Source: a virus
Lineage: Duplodnaviria; Caudoviricetes
Virus record (IMG/VR): IMGVR_UViG_3300049070_000354
Coordinates: 1-29,987 of that record
Reading direction: 5' to 3' (one strand)
DNA: 29,987 nt
A program made the position numbers and the translations under genes. The notes beneath the pieces were generated by a model. It saw only the letters and a program-made list of their open reading frames with translations, searched no databases and was not told where the DNA came from. The number at the start of each line of letters is the position of its first letter. Position 1 is the first letter of the stretch. Positions 25,536 through 29,987 of this stretch are shown one piece after another.

Positions 25536-26384
25536 TTATACGTCTCCCTGACGTTGATAGAGAGCTCGCGGCTTTCCCTGTCCGAGCTGAACGCGCAGGT
25601 ATTTGTCGGTTTCGCAGAGGATGTTCGGGACGTCGGAGAAATCCATCGCAACGCCGGTCGCATTTTCGACCCGCGCGTAGATCTTCTGCATCTCCTTCAA
25701 CGCCTGCGCTTGCGAGAGCGAGGCATCGACATCACGACCGTGAACGCGATTGAGTCCGCGAAGAGTGCCCGGGCCGGCGGCGGCCCAGAAGTAACGGTCG
25801 ACTGCGTGCTGCAGAATCTTTGTGAAGCGCATGTCGACCACGGCCTGATAAGCCATGAAGTTGCCCCAGCCGTTGGTCTGCATGATCCACTGGTGGGTTT
25901 CTTCGAGAGTCCGCGGCGCGAACGACGCGCGTCGGCGCCACAGGCCGCCGATCACTTCCTCGGCGATGTAGGCTTGCTTGTCGGCGCCTTTGGTCGCGGG
26001 TGCCGAGATCATGTAGGCGCCGGTGTAGACCTTCTCGCCGCGTGCCTTGCGGTCATTCAGGACGGCGGTGATGTGCGCCGGCGAGAAGTCCTGCTGGTCA
26101 GGCCATGCAGCCCGGTCAATCAGCTCCTGCAGCGTCGCCGGCCAGTTGATTTGGCGCGCGATGCAGAGCATCAGCCACAGCATGGGGTGGTCGGCGTAAG
26201 GCTTGCGGATGTGCTCGCGGATCCAGATCGTGACCCGGTCGTCCTCCCGCCGCACGTTGCAGAAGCGGTAGGTCGAGAGGATCTCGTCCGTTGTCCACGG
26301 CGGCGGCTCGCCGGATTCCTTGCGGATGCGCAGAGCCTCGCGCTCGCGCACCCAATACCAAAGCGCGGAGTAGTCAGGCGTCAT
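25536..26384 (-). CDS. 5-hmdU DNA kinase-like protein (aGPT-Pplase1 / HMUDK helical domain)
   Basis: 'PPWT.D.IL..YRFCNVRREDDR.T.WI...YTGAYMI...G.FMAYQ...D...GPG..RGL...LCETDKY.R' signature. Confidence 0.88.
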   Translation of the reverse strand: MTPDYSALWYWVREREALRIRKESGEPPPWTTDEILSTYRFCNVRREDDRVTIWIREHIRKPYADHPMLWLMLCIARQINWPATLQELIDRAAWPDQQDFSPAHITAVLNDRKARGEKVYTGAYMISAPATKGADKQAYIAEEVIGGLWRRRASFAPRTLEETHQWIMQTNGWGNFMAYQAVVDMRFTKILQHAVDRYFWAAAGPGTLRGLNRVHGRDVDASLSQAQALKEMQKIYARVENATGVAMDFSDVPNILCETDKYLRVQLGQGKPRALYQRQGDV

Positions 26385-26773
26385 TGGCTGTGCTTCTCGC
26401 GCAGTCCGGCCGCGGCGGTGTTCGCTTCGTCGATCCACGCGCAGTCGGCCGACGCGGGCGGCGCGCGGTCATCGACCACACGGCCGCACAGGATCGAGTC
26501 GATCAGAACGAATAGCGTCGCCGCAGCCTTCACGAGGTGATGACGGCCGCTGTCGGGATCGATGTCCTGACCTTCCGCATAAGCGGTGACGTGACGCATG
26601 AGCGCGTCGAGGTAGTCACTGACTCGGATCGGCGGGCCGGTACGCCAGTTGAAGCGGCCGTACTTCAGCGCGCCTTCCAGCATGGCCAACGAGACTTCGA
26701 CGAGCACGTTGAATGGCATCACGGAGAACGCGAACTTCTTGCGCCCAGGAATGGACTTCGGATTGTCCTTCAT
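26381..26773 (-). CDS. dATP/dGTP diphosphohydrolase N-terminal domain protein (DUF5664-like)
   Basis: 'NPK...G.KK...GALKYG.FNWR...Y.DA..RH......G.D.DPDSG..HL' motif. Confidence 0.85.
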   Translation of the reverse strand: MKDNPKSIPGRKKFAFSVMPFNVLVEVSLAMLEGALKYGRFNWRTGPPIRVSDYLDALMRHVTAYAEGQDIDPDSGRHHLVKAAATLFVLIDSILCGRVVDDRAPPASADCAWIDEANTAAAGLREKHSQ

Positions 26774-27111
26774 TGGTCACCCCGGTGGTGGCCACGCGCT
26801 CGCATCTCCGCCTCAACCAGGAGCAGGTAGCGGCGCAGATCGCGCACGTCGTCGATGATGCCCTCGGCTCGCTTGTCGGTTTCGATGGCGGTGAAGATGT
26901 CGTAGTTGCCGGCAAGTGCGTTCTCGATGCGGTCGAACTTGCGAGCCAGCATCATGAAGGCGCCGACGCCGCCGCGCTTCTTCCAGCTGTCGCCGTAGCT
27001 CTCTCGAGCCTTGAGCAGACCGGCGATGTCCTCTTCGGTGATCTTGGGGAGGAAGTCGTAGAGGTTCGGCGGATCAAGGATGCCGCGGTCGCGGGCAGAT
27101 GGAAAGCTCAC
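26770..27111 (-). CDS. Nucleotide modification associated domain 1 (Nmad1/MazG-like pyrophosphatase)
   Basis: 'SYGDSWKKRGGVGAFMMLARKFDRIE...DD..DL..Y' motif; GTGA and ATGA coupling. Confidence 0.75.
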   Translation of the reverse strand: MSFPSARDRGILDPPNLYDFLPKITEEDIAGLLKARESYGDSWKKRGGVGAFMMLARKFDRIENALAGNYDIFTAIETDKRAEGIIDDVRDLRRYLLLVEAEMRARGHHRGDQ

Positions 27112-27554
27112 GACGTCTGATCCTTGTACTGCTGCCAATGAACCTGCGTGCCATCCGACTTGTGGTTGCCCCACTCGCGCAGCTTCGGTCCCATCAAGCA
27201 GAGCGTCAGGCAGCCGCCCTTGGAGACGTCGATGATCTTGTGGACGTCCCAGGCCACGCCGCGCATGTAGTTGAAGAACTGGACTCGGCGCGTCGTCTCG
27301 ACCGGCACCGTGTTGAACGTCGTCACACGACGCTCGATGTACCAACCCTTCAGCAAGATGCTGATGAAGTAGCTGGTGTGGTCATGCGGATCGCCGTCAT
27401 CCGCCTGCTGGATCCAGTTCAAGCTGGCCGCGAACCACGGCGTCTTGAACAGGAAGAGCCGATCCAGATACGGCAGTTGCGCGTCGGACCAGCGCCAGAA
27501 ACACCATTGGATGCCGGTGCCCGAGGCGTACTTGCGGTTTGGGAAGAGTTTCAC
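27108..27554 (-). CDS. Cupin-fold protein
   Basis: 'PHDH...F.SILLKGWY.E...H.I' metal-binding cupin pattern. Confidence 0.7.
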   Translation of the reverse strand: MKLFPNRKYASGTGIQWCFWRWSDAQLPYLDRLFLFKTPWFAASLNWIQQADDGDPHDHTSYFISILLKGWYIERRVTTFNTVPVETTRRVQFFNYMRGVAWDVHKIIDVSKGGCLTLCLMGPKLREWGNHKSDGTQVHWQQYKDQTS

Positions 27555-28051
27555 CGATTGCCTCCATAGAATCTCACCAAACGTTGCAGCTCCGCGACGG
27601 AGGCGTTCGATTTGATCCGATTGGCTTTGTGGGATACGACGATCACGTTGCCGGGTACGTAGCCCTTCTTGTTATTGATGCGATCAAGTGTCGGCGAAGC
27701 ATCACGTGCTGCCAGACTTCCGCGAATAAGCCGCAACCCCAATGCCGGACAGCGTTTTGGAATGACGATGTGATCTGCAGTCAGCGCAAACGACAACCCC
27801 AGCGCCTTCGCGCGACGCTTCGCATATTGAAGCAGCGCCTTCTCAGGATTCGAGATAGCCCACTGACGACGTTTCTCTACAAGCACAGTCTTATGACGAC
27901 GCAGATACTTGTGATGTTGAACCCTATTGCAGTCCGCACACACATAATTGCTCACCCAACGCACACATGAACCATGATGCTTGCATTGGCTCCGATAGCG
28001 CTTCAGACCTCGCGCCAAGGCGGCTTCACGATTTGCTGCGATGACTGTCAC
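27551..28051 (-). CDS. HNH-type homing endonuclease
   Basis: N-terminal C..H/C..C zinc motif and 'CP.LG...SPTLDRINNKKGYVPGNV.VVS..AN..K'; visibly more AT-rich than flanks. Start is 28051 or 28069. Confidence 0.85.
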   Translation of the reverse strand: MTVIAANREAALARGLKRYRSQCKHHGSCVRWVSNYVCADCNRVQHHKYLRRHKTVLVEKRRQWAISNPEKALLQYAKRRAKALGLSFALTADHIVIPKRCPALGLRLIRGSLAARDASPTLDRINNKKGYVPGNVIVVSHKANRIKSNASVAELQRLVRFYGGNR

Positions 28052-28271
28052 GTGTAGCGTTCCAGACACGTCTGAAGATCGTCAGACGCGAATTGTCGTG
28101 CAGCAGCGCGATGCCGGTGTCGGAGCAGCACTTGCGCTCGAGCGCGCCAATCGGCACGTGCTTCGCCATGTCGGCGATGCTGATGTTGTGGCCTTGCGTG
28201 ACCAGGCGGTCGTTAACGAAGAGCGCCGACCAATCGTCGCCATCCAAGATGACGAGAACATTCTGTCCCAT
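28026..28271 (-). CDS. Hypothetical protein (possibly frameshifted near 28091)
   Basis: ATG 3 nt after the upstream stop; 'GDDW.AL.VN..LV.QGH' N-terminus. Confidence 0.6.
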   Translation of the reverse strand: MGQNVLVILDGDDWSALFVNDRLVTQGHNISIADMAKHVPIGALERKCCSDTGIALLHDNSRLTIFRRVWNATRDSHRSKS

Positions 28272-28274
28272 TGA

Positions 28275-29114
28275 CTATCCGACGCGCTGAGGCGCGCGCA
28301 TCGTCACAGCAGTCATCGGAAGGGTCTTCTCCGCCCGCACTTCCTTCAGAAGCTCGGCGGCGTCAGCCTTGTTGACCTTGTCGACGAGATGCACGGCCAG
28401 GTCATAGCTGCCGTAACAATCCCACAAGATTCGAGCAGCGCGATACGAAGCTTCAGCGTCGAGAGAGTCATGGTTTCGGACGAACACCGCATCCGCATAG
28501 AGAAGCTGAGACTGCGGCAGATAGACGTACGGGACCATCACTGGCCGATAGGATTGGCCTCCACAGTCACGAAGCTGGTGCAAGAAGAAGCCGCGCTCGT
28601 GCATATACGACGCGACGTCGTGGAAAAGCGCCTGCTTCTTGTAGAGCTTGAGGAACTCGACCTCGCACTCCACCACGAGGGCCGACTTGAGCGTCTCGAA
28701 GGCGCCCCAAAGGATCTGGAGCTCGCTGCCTTGCGTGTCGAGCTTGATCAGATCGAGACGGCCAGGCTCCAACCGATCCAGCGGCTCCGTGTTGACCGGC
28801 TTCGTCTCAACGACGGCGAAGTTGCCACCAGGAGGTTCGGCGCTGATCATGGAGAAGCGGCCGATGACATCGGGATCGGGTTCGAGCAGCGAGGTGCAGC
28901 CAGGGTACCGCGTGATGTACGCGGTGCGAATGTTGTCGCCATCGGCCCACAACCAAGGAGCCTCCTCGTTGGTCTGCGGCTCGATGGCGACAACTTCGAC
29001 GTTCTTCTGGCCGATAAGCGCGGCGTAGCGCGGCTCATCTTCGGGAAGAGCGCCGATGTCCAGCACTCGAACGGCCGGTGGTTCGATGCCAAGGACTTCG
29101 TGGAAATTACGCAT
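28275..29114 (-). CDS. FkbM-family SAM-dependent methyltransferase
   Basis: 'VLDIGA...IEP...LD....DLIKLDTQGSELQIL.GA...ECEVEF...Y..Q.LF...DAVF' motifs. Confidence 0.9.
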   Translation of the reverse strand: MRNFHEVLGIEPPAVRVLDIGALPEDEPRYAALIGQKNVEVVAIEPQTNEEAPWLWADGDNIRTAYITRYPGCTSLLEPDPDVIGRFSMISAEPPGGNFAVVETKPVNTEPLDRLEPGRLDLIKLDTQGSELQILWGAFETLKSALVVECEVEFLKLYKKQALFHDVASYMHERGFFLHQLRDCGGQSYRPVMVPYVYLPQSQLLYADAVFVRNHDSLDAEASYRAARILWDCYGSYDLAVHLVDKVNKADAAELLKEVRAEKTLPMTAVTMRAPQRVG

Positions 29115-29376
29115 TCACGGACTCACGGAAGTAGTTGCGCCGCTTCGTCCGAACCTTGCGGGGAATCAGGTACTGGATGATCCAGTCCTCATCACGACCC
29201 TGGCACATTTCGTGAGTGCCTTGGTCATAGAAGAGTCGGCTGCGCTCGAGCTCTAGCTGAGCGCCGCGTGGCCATTCGCCATTGGCGTGACGGACAGCGA
29301 CGATGAACTTTCGCAAACCCGGTCGGCCGAGCACCCCGGGAGCGTCATGGGGTGCTACATAGTTCTGACGTTCCAA
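29107..29376 (-). CDS. Hypothetical protein
   Basis: TTG with GGAG 9 nt upstream (alternative start 29400); '..YD.G.HEMCQGR....IIQY.IPR' C-terminus; overlaps the FkbM start. Confidence 0.65.
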   Translation of the reverse strand: MERQNYVAPHDAPGVLGRPGLRKFIVAVRHANGEWPRGAQLELERSRLFYDQGTHEMCQGRDEDWIIQYLIPRKVRTKRRNYFRESVNA

Positions 29377-29987
29377 CAGGGGATGCTCCAATCTCGACAC
29401 GGAAGTCGGCGTCGACTTGCTTGTGCGAGACTATGAGGATCTGCTGGATGCGGTTAGCCAACGTCCGGAGGACGTGCGCAGATCGCTCTGCGCGATTGCT
29501 GTCCATCGATGCGTCGATCTCGTCACCTATGAACACGGAGAAGATGCCGTTCGTCAGCACCTGGCCGAGGGCCAGGCGCAGCGCCAGGTTCGTGCATGCC
29601 TTGCCGGAGCCGGAGAGCGTGTCGAGACGCTGGCCATCGACGGTGATTTCGAAGTCGTCGTCGACCCAGATGATGTTGCGCTCGCCACCGGTCATGTTCG
29701 CGAGCAGTCGGCTGGCGGTCGCGTTCAGGCTGGGCAGCAGGTGCTGCTTCACCAGCTTGCGGAAGATCGCCATCGCCTTGACCTGGGCCGCGTGCCCGGC
29801 CGCGATGGCGTCGAGCTCCGCAACCCGGGCCCGCGCCGTCTCATAGCCGGCGAGCGCCTGCTCGTAGCGGGAGAGGTCGCGGTCGTAGGTGCGGGCGCGC
29901 TCGAGCCGTTCGCGTACCAGGCGAAGATCGTTCTCCACGCCCTGGAGGCCCACAAGGGCGTGGCGCGCGCGGGCGGCCGCGGCCTTC
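29345..29987 (-). CDS. SbcC/Rad50-like recombination ATPase, C-terminal part (5' truncated)
   Basis: Coiled coil, then ABC signature LSGSGK, Walker B FIGDEID and H-loop IVSH. Confidence 0.88.
   Translation of the reverse strand, partial: KAAAARARHALVGLQGVENDLRLVRERLERARTYDRDLSRYEQALAGYETARARVAELDAIAAGHAAQVKAMAIFRKLVKQHLLPSLNATASRLLANMTGGERNIIWVDDDFEITVDGQRLDTLSGSGKACTNLALRLALGQVLTNGIFSVFIGDEIDASMDSNRAERSAHVLRTLANRIQQILIVSHKQVDADFRVEIGASPVGTSELCSTP

Noticed and set aside
18407-26773. Z-genome (2-aminoadenine) cluster suggested by HD, DUF550 and DUF5664-like genes
   Set aside because: No purZ in the window, and the hmdU kinase points to thymidine modification; cannot be excluded outside the window.
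1-29987. CRISPR array, DGR or retron
   Set aside because: No regularly spaced repeats, reverse transcriptase or TR/VR pair seen by eye.

Overview
This window is about 30 kb of a high-GC, lambda-tail-type (siphovirus-like) phage or prophage, probably of a Gram-negative host because it encodes two-component spanins. The + strand (1-15647) is the late module: tape measure protein (split by a +1 frameshift near 1171), distal tail, gpL-like, NlpC/P60, JAMM, gpI-like, an interposed metallophosphoesterase, gpJ-like central fibre, lysis genes and a side-fibre module. The - strand (15659-29987) holds an atypical tRNA-like gene plus nucleotide and DNA metabolism genes: class II ribonucleotide reductase, ATP-dependent ligase, SbcC-like ATPase, HslV-like protease, four nucleotide hydrolases, a 5-hmdU DNA kinase-like protein, a GT-A glycosyltransferase, an FkbM methyltransferase and a cupin. 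Three things stand out. (1) A tRNA-Cys-like RNA has a 10-bp acceptor stem and a 38-nt anticodon-loop insertion that can pair with its own anticodon. (2) A 1.5-kb transposase-free cargo insertion (ble, GDCCVxC, Cys-rich peptide), bounded by a 4-bp direct repeat, precisely splits a small phage gene. (3) The gene set suggests a possible new thymidine hypermodification pathway (kinase + glycosyltransferase + O-methyltransferase + cupin). All family assignments come from motif recognition by eye; no database searches were run.
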